Shown here piece after piece: positions 25,547 through 37,308 of a DNA stretch of 64,000 bases. The translations under genes were made by a program, and so were the position numbers. The notes beneath the pieces were generated by a model that was given only the letters and a program-made list of their open reading frames with translations, made no database searches and was not told where the DNA came from. This stretch comes from Felis catus (taxonomy: Eukaryota): NCBI RefSeq assembly GCF_018350175.1, contig NC_058383.1, positions 23,438,001 through 23,502,000 on the forward strand. The letters are read 5' to 3'. How positions within the stretch are numbered: the first letter of the stretch is position 1; each line of letters starts with the position of its first letter.

Positions 25547-25904
25547 TTTTTCAACATCTCAAAGTAGTAAGCATAATTTATAAACTGGATTAGAAAGTAC
25601 ATCTCAGCACGTTTATAATGAAAACAGCTGATGCTAATGAGAGCAATAACATTTAAATAGAAATCTGTTTACCTTTGGGAGATTCATGCAGAACTTCAAT
25701 GAGGTCCTGATTGATTTAAGGGCCAGAGACCGGACTGATTAAACTTCCTGAGTTTGGGGGGTCTCAAAGGGTAGTTGGCTGAGGTACAAAGGCACACCGA
25801 CAACCTCGCAGCCTAACCAACCAGTGATTGGGAGTAATTAGAACCAGGTGGAAAAGAGGTCACAGTGCCCAACCTGGCCATATGCTACGGTTCTTTCCTT
25901 TATG

Positions 25905-26010
25905 AGCACCACGGACTCCTCGAAAAAGCTGAAGAAAGCTATGCCCCTCCTTCCCAGAAAACTGCACAGAAATACATACACCAAAACTTTTGCATTTAAA
26001 TTTTTTTCCA
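25905..26010. mobile_element. MER117-like hAT fragment
   Basis: gaagaaagctatg..cctccttcccagaaaa.tgcac...aaaacttttgcat. Confidence 0.5.
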
Positions 26011-26519
26011 TGTTGGAAATATATTTTCTACACATGAAGAAAAATTAAAAGCAATCTTTTTTTAAAAAAAGTCTTGGCCTCATTTTTTTTATAACACGTT
26101 AAGATTCAAGGTCTATTTGAGTGGTAGAGGGAATAGATCTAAAATTGCACATAAAGCAAAAAATTTCAATTCTTCTCAAAATCTCATTTTAATGAGATTT
26201 CTGTGATTTCTTGGCTTGAATAGAAAGTTGGAACTGTGCAGTGGTCTTTGCAAGTATCAAAACCAAATCAACTTCATATTTTCATTTAAATGGCACCCGC
26301 ATCGTCAAAAAACCTGAACCCCCGAAATGCACAGGAAAAAGAAAAAATTAATATTCCCGTAATTCACCTTGCCAACTTTGTGTGTCAATAAACACCAAAT
26401 CCTCCAAAATATTTTTAACATTGAATTTGTGTCAATTGTTTTCTTTTGTCTTTAAGTAACGAGAGAAATCCTTACAAATCATGTTTAAATTTGAAGATGG
26501 TCTGAGAATAAGTAACCCT

Positions 26520-27190
26520 TGTTAACCTTAAAAATAACACTGCCAGGGGGCACCTGAGTAGTTCTGTTGGTTAAGTATCTGACTCTTGACTTCAGCTCAG
26601 GTCATGGTGCCATGGTTCGTGACACTGAGCCCCAAGTCAGGCTCTGCGCTGACAGTGCAGAGCCTGCTTGGGATTCTCTCTCTCCCTCTCTCTCTGCCCC
26701 TCCCCCACTAGCGTGTGCTCGCTCTCTCTCTCACAAAATAAATAAACTTTTAAATACATAAATAAAAGTGCCAGTTATTTTACCAGGAAAAATGGGTTTA
26801 TCTGGGAGTAGCAGAGAATTGCAACAACCTAGGACCAGCAAGCTTCGGCAGAACCACAGGCTAGTCTGGAGAACAAAGGAGAGGAATGTTCTTTTCCAGG
26901 GGAAAGGGGGAAGTAGGGAAGGCTCTTCTAAACGAAAAGTCCACTGGAGGAAACTGGGAGTCTGAAGTACAGTGGCTTCTCATTGGCTGAGCTGTGACTG
27001 CCTCCCATTGGCTGGGCTGTTGCCAGGTCTTCCTCCTGCTGGAGCAGTAAAGTACTAGCTAAGGTAGCCTATCCTGTGCAAGGTGCGTCTCTTCCTGCTG
27101 GCTCTGTCGTTGACTAGCGCTGAGCATGAGAGCTCCCCCTGCCGGCCTCCCAACTCCATCCTAAACAAGGTTTCCTTTTATTAACCTTGT
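26520..27190 (-). repeat. 3' LTR of the class I provirus (CanSINE inside, ~26546-26765); PPT adjacent at ~27195-27210
   Basis: Shares gaacaaaggagagga, aaactgggagt.t.aagtacagtggctt, cattggctgggctgttgccagg and gagagctcc with 35150-35997; the C-run reads as a purine tract on the minus strand. Confidence 0.88.
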
Positions 27191-27419
27191 CTTATCTCCC
27201 CCCCCCCCTTTGATAAAGATCTTTCTTTGAAAAGCACTGCTGATAAAGATTGAAGTTTTCTACATTTAGTGGTACCTCAGTACCAGGCAGGACCTTTCCT
27301 GGTTGTCGCGCGTAGCAGCCGGAAGCTACTTAAAGCCACATTTGAGTAACAAGGAAGCTTAGGAAGGAGAAACCCTCAGGCCCTTCCCATCTGTGGTCCA
27401 GTTTTTGTTGAGATGGTTA

Positions 27420-27730
27420 AGCATTGCAGACCATCTCGAGATGTTGCGCCAACATCATCTTGGGTACATTATCTTCAAGAAGTTTGACAGGCAACAAAAT
27501 ACAAAACTTCAAATAATTATACACCAGAAATAGTAACATGACCATTCCAAATTGTATGGTGGTTCTAAATCAGGACTCTAGGTCTGAAAGTAGGCAACTG
27601 AAAAAGTACTTATTGGCACTTATTCCAACCTCAGGGATAAAGGTGCTCCCCCAAAGGAGGCAAATCTGGACTCACGTATGCCTTCTAGAAGTCTCCACTT
27701 AAAGCAGCCACGAAAGCAGAGTGGTGGATG
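27420..27730 (-). pseudogene. env: ERV env remnant (fusion-peptide-like segment joined to TM anchor)
   Basis: Minus translation LLEGIRESRFASFG...IPEVGI, then FSCLLSDLES*FRTTIQFGMVMLLFLVYNYLKFC. Confidence 0.6.
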
Positions 27731-29179
27731 CTGCAAGAGCACACTCAAAGAATTAACCAAGTCAGGGGTGCCTGAGTGGCTCATTCAGTTAAGCATCCGA
27801 CTTCAGCTCAGGCCATGAACTCGCATTTCATGAGTTCGAGCCCCGTGTAAGGCTCTGTGCTGACAGCTCAGAGCCTGGAGCCTGCTTCGGATTCTGTGTC
27901 TCCCTCTCTCTCTGCCCCTCCCCTGCTCACACTGTCTCTCTGTCTCTCTCTCTCTCTCTCTAAAATAAATAAACATTGGGGCGCCTGGGTGGCGCAGGCG
28001 GTTAAGCGTCCGACTTCAGCCAGGTCACGATCTCGCGGTCCCTGAGTTCGAACCCCGCGTCGGGCTCTGGGCTGATGGCTCAGAGCCTGGAGCCTGTTTC
28101 CGATTGTGTCTCCCTCTCTCTCTGACCCTCCCCCGTTCATGCTCTGTCTCTCTCTGTCCCAAAAAAATAAATAAATAAAAACGTTGAAAAATAAATAAAT
28201 AAATAAATAAAACAAACATTAAAAAAAAAAAAAAAAAAAGAATGAGCCAAGTACATTTGGGAAGATACAGTGCAGGTATAAAGAAGAAACAATCACTGAT
28301 GAACTTTGGGCAAAAGAGCAAAACTTCAAAGACATTTTAAAGTCGTACTCATCACAAAAGAACTGTCTGCACCAAATATTATCAATAATACAGTCTGTAA
28401 AGTCATAAATTTAAAAAATCATGAATATGAATAAGAATTCAAAGTCGGTTAATAGTTCAGATGACTTGTAGATTCTGAATTTTCTAACCCTTCAGGAAAA
28501 GCAAGTGAAAGATGAGTTTGTCCTGAGATCAAGACGAGGCCATTTCCAAAAGGCCATAATCAGAAAAGAAGTTTCTGGGGCGCCTGGGTGGCTCAGTGAG
28601 TTGAACTTACAACTTCAGCTCAGATCATGATCTCACAGTTCATGAGTTCAAGCCCGGCATCAGGTCACTGCTGTCAGCACAGAGCCCGCTTCGGATCCTC
28701 TGTCGCCCTTTCTCTGCCCCTCCCCTGCTCATGCTCGCTCTCTCTCTCAAAAACGAATAATCATTTTTAAAAAAAAAAAGGAGGGGGTTGCCTGGGTGGC
28801 TCAGTCGGTTGAGCATCCAACTTGGACTCAGATCATGATCTCACAGTTTGTGAGTTCTAGCCCCATGTCGGGCTCTGTGTTGACAGCTCAGAGCCTGGAG
28901 TGTGCTTCGGATTCTGTCTCCCTCTCTCTGCTCCTCTTCTGCTCTCTTTTTCAAAAATAACTAAACATTAAAAATTTTCCAAAAAAAAAAAAAAAGGAAA
29001 GAAGGGAAAGGAGGTTTTCCCTTTCACCAGGGCTTGGAAAATACAGACAAGGGCATTATCTTTCCACAAAAGACAGAAAAGAAACAACACTGAGAAAAGG
29101 TACACAGGCCTAGTCTCGACATCTTGGGAAAGCTGTCTTATCAGATGCTGTCCTGTTCAATTCTGGGAAACCTTAACTT

Positions 29180-30330
29180 TCAGGTCACCAGAAGGTGTGC
29201 GGGTTCAGTCAGGGCTGGGTGCTTCCTTTAGATGTTTGATGTGACTCCAAGAGTCTATCCCCTGGAGTTCGGTGGCACAAAGCAGTTCCTGATAAGGGCT
29301 TTTCATTGAGGTTGAAATCTTTTGGGAGGTGTCTTTTCAAATAGATGAAATCTCCAGGTAGCAAAATGTGATGCCTGAGGTCATTGTCTCCTGGAAGCCA
29401 ACTGAAAAGATTCCTCCACCAAAGCGTGGTTATTTTTAATAGCAGCAATCAGGCCTTTATAATATTGAAGTATATCTCCTTTTAGCAGGTATGGGTCAAA
29501 GGAGGCAGGGGCCAAGTACATTGGTTGCCCTGGGACTATCTCAAAGGGTGAGAGGCCATGAGTTCCAAAGGGGGTGGATCTGAGATTTAGAAGGACCAAT
29601 GATAGTATTTTTGGTCAAAATATTTGGGGGTCTCTACACATTATGCCAACTGAGTCTAACAGTGCCATTAGTATGTTTGACTAATCTTGAAAACGGAGGA
29701 TGGTACACACAATGAGAGCGTTGTAAAACCAGCCAAAAAGCACACACCTGACCTGTAAATGGGTTCCTTGGTCACCATGAAGTTCAAGAGAAGTTCCCCA
29801 GGTAACAGAAATTTAGTTACAGAAACACTGGCCTAGGGGCGCCTGGGTGGCGCAGTCGGTTGAGCGTCCAACTTCAGCTCAGGTCACGATCTCGCGGTCC
29901 GTGAGTTCGAGCCCCGCGTCAGGCTCTGGGCTGATGACTCAGAGCCTGGAGCCTGTTTCCGATTCTGTGTCTCCCTCTCTCTCTGCCCCTCCCCCGTTCA
30001 TGCTCTGTCTCTCTCTCTGTCCCAAAAATAAATAAACGTTGAAAAAAAAATTAAAAAAAAAAACAAAACACTGGCCTATCTACAAGAGAAATCTTTGGTC
30101 CAGTAGAAAACATAGAAACCATGACTAAAATACATTTATATCTATGAGACAGGGAAGCTATATGAAATCTATTTACACAATCAGGTTTCCCTAGATTATA
30201 CTTTGGACAGTGGGGCAAGTGATGTAGGTACTATCTGGGGCCTTATTAATATTTCCCCACCAATACTGGTTCATAAATGCTATCATTTTGTCACTAGACC
30301 AATGGTTTCATGAATATACAATGGTAAACA
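29180..30330 (-). pseudogene. pol: ERV integrase remnant (split by a CanSINE at 29836-30062)
   Basis: ORF 29381..29599 VLLNLRSTPFGTHGLSPFEIV.GQPM is the gamma-type IN C-terminal signature. Confidence 0.85.
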
Positions 30331-30539
30331 ATGGGAATTTTAGAATTTCTTGTAGGACTGGATTGTTATTTGATCCAAATCAGAGTTCTCTCTTTTTCTT
30401 GAGCCAACAATTATTAGATTTCCAATACTGTTTTTCCCTATCTAGGGCCAAATGTTGGGTATCTCTGGTCAATTTTTCCAAATTATCATTTGGGTGAACA
30501 TCACTTTGGAACATGACAGAGGTTTGGCTGTGGGTTTCC

Positions 30540-31245
30540 TTGGAAGCAGTGCTTTTTGTCAGAAATATCAGGGAGGTGGTTTACTTTGGTCACCAAGGAG
30601 TAGAGTCTAGAATGCCCAGGAACCTTAACAGCCAGAGCAGCCAGCAAAAGTATGGCATCGAATAAATTTTGGACATAGGAGCCATTTTAAATTTTATTCC
30701 CATTGGAGATAAGGAAACCTCGTTGTTTCCATAATATTCCAAAGTCATGAACTACCCCAAAGATATGCTGACTATAGGTATAAATGCTTAGGGTTTTCTT
30801 GGCTAAAGTACAAGCCCAAGTAAGGGCATATCAGTCAGCCTGCAGGGCTGAAGTATCCAAAGGTGAACTTGTCATCTCGATGACTTCAAAAAGAATTGCA
30901 ATAATAGACTCAGCATGTTTACCATTTCATCCTTTAAACAAGAACTATTGTATACCAGGCGCTCAGTCGGTTAAACATCTGACTCTTGATTTTGGCTCAG
31001 ATCATGATCTCATGGTTCACAAGATCGAGTCCTACTTCGGGCTCTGCATTGCAGTTCTTGGGACTCTCTCTCTCTCCCTCTGCCCCTCCTCTGCTCACAC
31101 TTTCTCCCTCAAAATAAATAAATAAACATTAAAAACAAACTATCAGTATACCATGAAAATTCTGCATTGGCTAGAGGAGTTTCCTGTAAATTTCCACAGG
31201 GAGTCAAAAGGTAATCTATTAGGGTTAAGTGGTCATGAAGGGTTT
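30540..31245 (-). pseudogene. pol: ERV RNase H remnant
   Basis: NLQETPLANAEFSWYTDS; LTWACTLAKKTLSIYTYSQHIFGVVHDFGILWKQRGFLISNG. Confidence 0.85.
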
Positions 31246-31990
31246 TATCTGGGTCCAAATGTGGTCTTTGTTTCAAGATCAGATGCCCTAAGTATAGAGC
31301 CTGAGTTTAAGCTAACTGCAATTTTTCTTTGGAAACTCTGTGTCCCTCTAAAGCCAAAAGTCATAATAGGTGAATGTAGTTTCCTGTGAAGAGGTTTAAG
31401 AAGGGAACAGAGAAGCAAATCATCTGCATATTGCAACAAAGGAGAGCCTACAGAAAACTTTCTATCAACCAAATCAGCTTTTAAGGTTTGTGAAAAGTAA
31501 AGGCTCTGTAAAACTCTGGGGCATTACTGTCCAGATGTATTTCTGTTCTTCCCAAGTGAAAGTAAAAAGATACTGGCTATCCTTATCAACAGGAATACTA
31601 AAAATGCACCGTGCATATCATTTGCAATGGAAAAATTGCTTTCAGTGGGAATGGATGTCGGTACCATAACGGGGGTTAGGAAAACAGGGTGCTGAGGGAT
31701 AACTGTTATTTATTGCTCGCAGGTCCAGGACAAACTTCCATCCTGTTACTAGACTTTCTCACAAGTAAAATGGGGTGTTACAGGGACTAGTGCAGGGACT
31801 CAGGAGGCCCTGAGTGTTGTAACCTTCTATATAGGCTTGCTGTTTTCAAGGGCTTCTTTATTTATAGGGTATTAATGAATTCTGAAAAGAGGTTTTGAGG
31901 AGTCTATTTGAATCTTGATGGGAGGTACACAGTAGATTCCAATAGGAATTCTGCCCATAAAGAGGATGGTAGCTGACCCAATAGGAATAA
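31245..31990 (-). pseudogene. pol: ERV reverse transcriptase remnant
   Basis: GLLSPCTSPCNTP...WKFVLDLRAIN...LLQYADDLLLCS, with frameshifts and stops. Confidence 0.92.
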
Positions 31991-32311
31991 AATGATCAGT
32001 GTCCCTAGACTCAGCTAGAGTGCCACATCAGAGACAGAACAAATAAAAGATGTCAAAAGGGCATTCAATTCCCCCTGGTTGGCTATTTTGGTTACTACTC
32101 TCAAATTCTAGAATTATTTTCCTCTTTTGGGAGAAAGAAATTCTGGCATGATTGTAGATACTTTTTAAGAAATCTTGGCCCAGGAGTGCTGCCTGGGTGG
32201 CTCAGTCAGTTAAGCATCCAACTTCGGCTCAGGTCATGATCGCATGGTTCATGGGTTCAAGCCCTGCATTGGGCTCTGTGCTGACAGCTTAGAGCCTGGA
32301 GCCTGCTTCGG

Positions 32312-32359
<48 letters not shown>

Positions 32360-32429
32360 CCACCCTGCTCGCTCACTCTCTCTCTTTCTCTCTCTCTCAA
32401 AAATAAATAAACTTGAAAAAAAAGGAAAG

Positions 32430-32700
32430 AAATTATGGCTCAATAAACAAACAGGGACAGAGGAACTAAGGAGAAAAGGGTGCATATCTTTCAAAGGGCC
32501 TAGACAAAAGGGAATCAACTCAGAGACAGGAACCTGTTGAGGTTTGTTAGAGACCCCTAGTACTTGAACTGTTTTAGTACTCAAGAGCAGGGTGCTGCTT
32601 TAGAGCAGTGGGACTGGGCACTGAGAGTGTAGCTCCAGTGTACATAGGGACAGAGACAGATTCATTCGTAATCTGGAGAATGGTTTCTCCGAGCCGATTA
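32430..32700 (-). pseudogene. pro: ERV protease remnant
   Basis: VPMYTGATLS (decayed DTGA active site) at ~32622-32652. Confidence 0.65.
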
Positions 32701-32789
32701 CGAGTGAGGATTGGGAAGTTCCTCGGAGCCTGTCACTGGGAATTGGGAGGACACTGGAAAGACTGAGCAGAAGGCTGAAAGTGTCTGGA

Positions 32790-34763
32790 ATGCTTAAGTT
32801 GGTAACATCTTAAACCAGTGCCCTGGCTCTTTACAACAACAGGAGAAACTAGAAGGTTTTTTATTTTGTTTAAGGCCCTTCATCGGCTGCAGTTAAAAAA
32901 ATGGAGAATTTTAGCAGTCTTTTAGTCAACTCATCTGGGATATGAGCAAGCAAGTTACCAAATTAACTAAATCGAAGTGGACAAAATACCCCTCCCCCCC
33001 CATTCTATCCTGACCCTTTGGTCTGATTCCTTCTGGAAGCAGGCTGTTCCAAACAGAAGAAAGAAGAAACCAACTCAGCCCATTAATAAACACAGTTTAG
33101 GGAGCCCGGATGGTTCAGTCGACGAAGTGTCTGACTTCAGCTCAAGTCATGATTTCACCGCTGATGGGTTTTAGCCCCACATCAGGCTCTGTGCTGACAG
33201 CTCAGAGCCTGGAGCATGCTTCAGATTCTGTGTCTCCCTCTCTCTCTTCCCCTCCCCCCTCCTCTCTCTCTCTCTCAAAAATAAACATTTAAAAATTTTT
33301 AGTAAATAAATAAAAATAAACAGTGTTAAATGCTACTCACTCTGGTAGGTTCAATATCTAAAAAAAGACCAGAATGTTCTTTAAAGGCAATTTGGAGTTG
33401 GTTGTAATAGTCATGAACAGGTTCATCAGGCTTTTATGTGCAAGAATGAATTTGGTTCCAGGCTCGAATTTGGCTTAGAAGAAGCTACACTAACTGTTCA
33501 GTGGTGATTTCCAGTGTTCTAACATCTTGCCAAAAGTTAGGGGTTTCTCTAAATCCCCTTCAATCCTGAATCCCAGTTCCCACTGGACTAGTTTTATCCA
33601 CTGTTGGCCTGGCCCTCAGCAACAAGCATGTAGACTAATTTCTAGAAATCTGAGAAAGCAGGTTGGGAAGTCTGGATAACTATGTTAAATTGCTGAGCAA
33701 ACCTATGGGAGTCCTCAGCTACGTTAGGAAACTCATGAACTATGACTGCAATTCAGCCTTAGTCCAGGGAACATAAAGACCTGGGGTGGGGGGGGGGGTT
33801 GTTATTTGGATTCTCAAAAGACTTAACTTTGAAAGGGAGGTTTTAACAGGTTCAGGAGAGGAGGGAGCAGGGGGAGGTTCAGTGGAAAAGGGAAGTTCGG
33901 CAGAGAATAGAGGAAAATGGCCCAGGAGGCAGGGACTGAACACACGGTGGCTGCCCTGTGTCAGGAAACACAAGAGAAGCGGGAGGGGGAAAAGAGGCCC
34001 CAGAGTCATTTCCACTTCTTTCAATTGTCTGTCTCAGTTAATTTAGAAATAACGTACTATTTTGCAAAGAGGCAAACTTCGAATCCAGAAAGCATTTAGA
34101 AGCCTCAAGTTACCATTTAAAATAGGAATCGCATTCAGTTGTTTGTTTTTATTTTAGGAGCCACGGCTTCCTAGTTTAATTTTGAGTAAAATAAGTTTGG
34201 GGAGATCAGAAGTTCTCCACAATGGCCATTGATGTTCTAAATTACTTTTGTGAGGGGCGCCTGGGTGGCTCAGTCGGTTGAGCCTCCGACTTCGGCTCAG
34301 GTGATGATCTCATGGTTGGTGAGTTCCAGCCCCGCGTCAGGCTCTGTGCTGGCAGCTCAGAGCCTGGAGCCTGCTTCCGATTCTGTGTCTCCCTCTCTCT
34401 CTCTGACCCTCCCCCGTTAATGCTCTGTCTCTGTCTCAAAGACAAATAAACATTAAAAAAAAATAAAAAAATAAAAAATAAAAAATAAATAAATTACTTT
34501 TGTTGAGTTGGTCCATTTCGTTAGAAATGTGCATGAGGAGGGACCATAGTTTTTAAACAACGCCAGCATTGTCCCAGTAGGAGGTTACCCTCAAGCATTT
34601 TAATGACTGGGATCTCACTTTTTTTCAAGTAGGCTTCATACTCAGCATGGAGCCCAACAAAGGGCTTGAACTCAGAGCCATGAAATCAAGACCTGAGCTG
34701 ACATCAAGAGTCAGACACTTAAGTGACTGAGCCATCCACCAGACGCCCCAACTGGGATCCCAT
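32790..34763 (-). pseudogene. gag: ERV gag remnant (three SINE insertions)
   Basis: Starts MGSQ; FKNYGPSSCTFLTKWTNSTKSNLEHQWPLW matrix-like segment; Pro-rich region; C..CKEPGHW zinc knuckle at ~32805-32842. Confidence 0.8.
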
Positions 34764-35127
34764 TTCTTAGAGGCAGATTTCTAGAGCAAGGAGAAAAATT
34801 CCTAAACAGCGAAGTTTCAACAGGAGTAGCCTGGTTCCAGAGGGACCAGACCAAAGACCAACACAATTCCAATGGGCACAGTCCGGTCCCAAAAAGAACT
34901 CGGACCAAGAGCCAAACAAGGACTCTGAGTAAGGACAAAGCCTTAAATAAAGCCTGTAGAGCTTGGACACAAAGAGAGCAGAGCTCGAAATCCAGGAGAA
35001 AACTTACCCTCAGACTCCAGGGTCCCCAAGAAAGCAATGAACTCAGTTGGCTCCGTGGGTGCTGGCACCTGTTCACTCACCAGCCTCAGAATTGATGGCG
35101 GGGGGGGGGGGGGGGGGTCTTCTCTGG

Positions 35128-35146
35128 ATCCCACTCTGATCACTAA
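35128..35146 (-). other. Primer binding site, tRNA-Leu-like
   Basis: Minus strand TAGTGATCAGAGTGGGAT directly inside the 5' LTR, resembling the Leu-type TGGTGTCAG(A/G)AGTGGGAT. Confidence 0.55.
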
Positions 35147-35149
35147 GTA

Positions 35150-35997
35150 ACATTAACCTTTAAAACGGCCAGCGGGGGGCACCTGGGTGGCTCCATTGGT
35201 TAAGCGACGACTCTTGATTTCGGCTCAGGTCATAATCTAACAGTTTGTGAGTGTGAGCCTGCACCGGGCTCTGGGCTGACAGCGCGGAGCCCGCATGGGA
35301 TTCTCTGTGTGTGTCTCTCTCTCTGCCCCTCGCCAGCTCAGGTTCCCTGTCTCTCTCTCAAAATAAATAAATAAATAAACTTTAAAAAATAATAATAAAA
35401 CAGATATCTTACCATCAAAAAGGAGCCTATTCTAGACAAGAAAGCCACTGCAAGTCGGCAGAACAAAGGAGAGGAGCTTTTTTATAGAGGAGAGGGGAGG
35501 AGTTAGAGGGGCTGTTATAAACAAAGAGTCCATTGGGCTAAACTGGGAGTTCTAAGTACAGTGGCTTGTCATTGGCTGAGTTGTGAGAGTCTCTCATTGG
35601 CTGGGCTGTTGCCAGGAGAGGAGGCAAGCCTCTTCCTTCGGCTGGGGTAGGGAAATAGTATCTGTGTATAAGACGCATCTCTTCCTTTTGGGTCTGCAGT
35701 TGATAAGCGATAGGGTGTGAGAGCTCCGCCTGCCTCCCGGATTCCATGACTCCATTCTAAAGAAAATTCCCTACTGGGGCGCGTGGGTGGCTCAGTCAGT
35801 TAAGTGGCCAACTTCCGCCCAGATCATGATCTCATGGTTCCTAGGTTCGAGCCCCTGTGGGGCTATGCTGACAGCTCAGAGCCTCAGGCCTGCTTCTGAT
35901 TCTGTCTCCCTCTCTCTCTGCCTCTCTCCCGCTCACTCCCTCAAAAAAAATTTTTTTTTTTAATTTTAAACAAGGTTACCTTTTAGTAATTTTCACA
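35150..35997 (-). promoter_or_regulatory. 5' LTR of the class I provirus with three CCAAT boxes and a TATA box (CanSINEs at ~35177-35400 and ~35776-35960)
   Basis: ATTGG at 35532, 35571 and 35596; TATAAAA on the minus strand at 35480-35486. Confidence 0.8.
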
Positions 35998-36010
35998 CCC
36001 TCTGAGTTCC

Positions 36011-36209
36011 TGTGATATTATGATTTATTAGAAATATATATATACTTTGGGGTGCCTCATTGGCTCAGCCAGTTTAGCATCCAACTTCAGCTCAGGTCAT
36101 GCTCTCACAGTTCGTGAGTTTGGGCCCCATGTAGGGCTCTCTGCTGTCAGTGCAGAGCCCACTTCAGATCGTCTGTTCCCCTCTCTCTCTCTCTGCCCCT
36201 CCCCCACTT

Positions 36210-36268
<59 letters not shown>

Positions 36269-37308
36269 TAAAAAAATTAGCATTGGGGCGCCTGGGTGGC
36301 TCAGTCGGTTGAGCGTCCGACTTCAGCTCAGGTCACGATCTCGCGGTCCGTGAGTTCGAGCCCCGAGTCGGGGCTCTGGGCTGATGGCTCTGAGCCTGGA
36401 GCCTGCTTCCGATTCTGTGTCTCCCTCTCTCTCTGCCCCTCCCCCGTTCATGCTCTGTCTCTCTCTGTCTCAAAAATAAATAAACGTAAAAAAAAAAAAT
36501 TTTTTTTAATAAAAAAAATTAGCATTTAAAAACATTTTTTAAATAAGAAACACATATTTGGTCTCATCCCATTCCTGGCACAGAGCTCCTAAAACCTTTG
36601 GAATTTCCTAAATTGTGAGACCAATCAAGGTATCTTTTGTTACGTTAATGAGGTGGCAGTTGGACGTAGAGGAGGGGAGCTGGTTGCCAGAACTAGCCTG
36701 GTGCCTACGTACACGGAGGAGAGTGGGGCTGGAGGTTGAAACAATCACCAATGGCTGATGATTTAATCAATCATATTTGTGCAATGAAGCCTCCATAAAA
36801 AGAAACAAAAGGACCGGGTTCAGAGAGCTTCTGGGTTGGTGAACACGTAGAGCGCCAAGCTCAGAGAGGGTACGGAAGCTCCATGCCCCTTTCCCCATAT
36901 TTTTCCCTACACATCCCTTCCATCTGGCTGTTCCTGAGTTTTATCCTTTTATAATAAACCTGTGATCTAGTAAGTAAAATGCCTCTCTGAGTTCCACGAG
37001 CCACTTGAGCCAATTAATCAAAGTTAAGGAGGGGTTCCTAGGAACCTCTGATTTTTAGCCATTCAGTCAGAAGTACAGGCAACAACTGGGCTTGAGACTG
37101 GCATCCGAAGTGATGGGGGAGGCAGTCTTGCATGACTGAGCCTTTAACCTGTGACATCTGATGCTAGCTCCAGGTAGATAGTGTCAGAATTGAGTTGGAT
37201 TATAGGACACCCAAATGGTGTTGGAAAATTGCTCGCTGGTATGGGAATACCACCCCCCCACACACACACACACACGCACATTGGTGAATTGGTACCAGAA
37301 CCTATTTA
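36011..37308 (+). mobile_element. MER21-like solo LTR with two nested CanSINEs (~36048-36520)
   Basis: Starts tgtgatattatgattta..agaaatatata; ttcctggcacagagctcctaaaacc; 5-bp TSD GTTCC at 36006-36010 and 37309-37313. Confidence 0.88.

Larger units (their letters stand above)
26520..35997 (-). mobile_element. Class I (gamma-like; MER4/MER34/PRIMA-group-like) endogenous retrovirus, two LTRs, defective
   Basis: TG...CA termini with 4-bp TSD CCCT (26516-26519 and 35998-36001); homologous LTRs at both ends; PBS, PPT and gag/pro/RT/RH/IN/env remnants in order on the minus strand. Confidence 0.92.

Noticed and set aside
26178..26199. Perfect 10-bp-arm palindrome AAATCTCATT-TT-AATGAGATTT
   Set aside because: Short and AT-rich; could arise by chance in 64 kb, with no supporting context.
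27420..29100. Possible co-opted env (syncytin-like) gene
   Set aside because: Stops, frameshifts, four SINE insertions and loss of the TM ectodomain.
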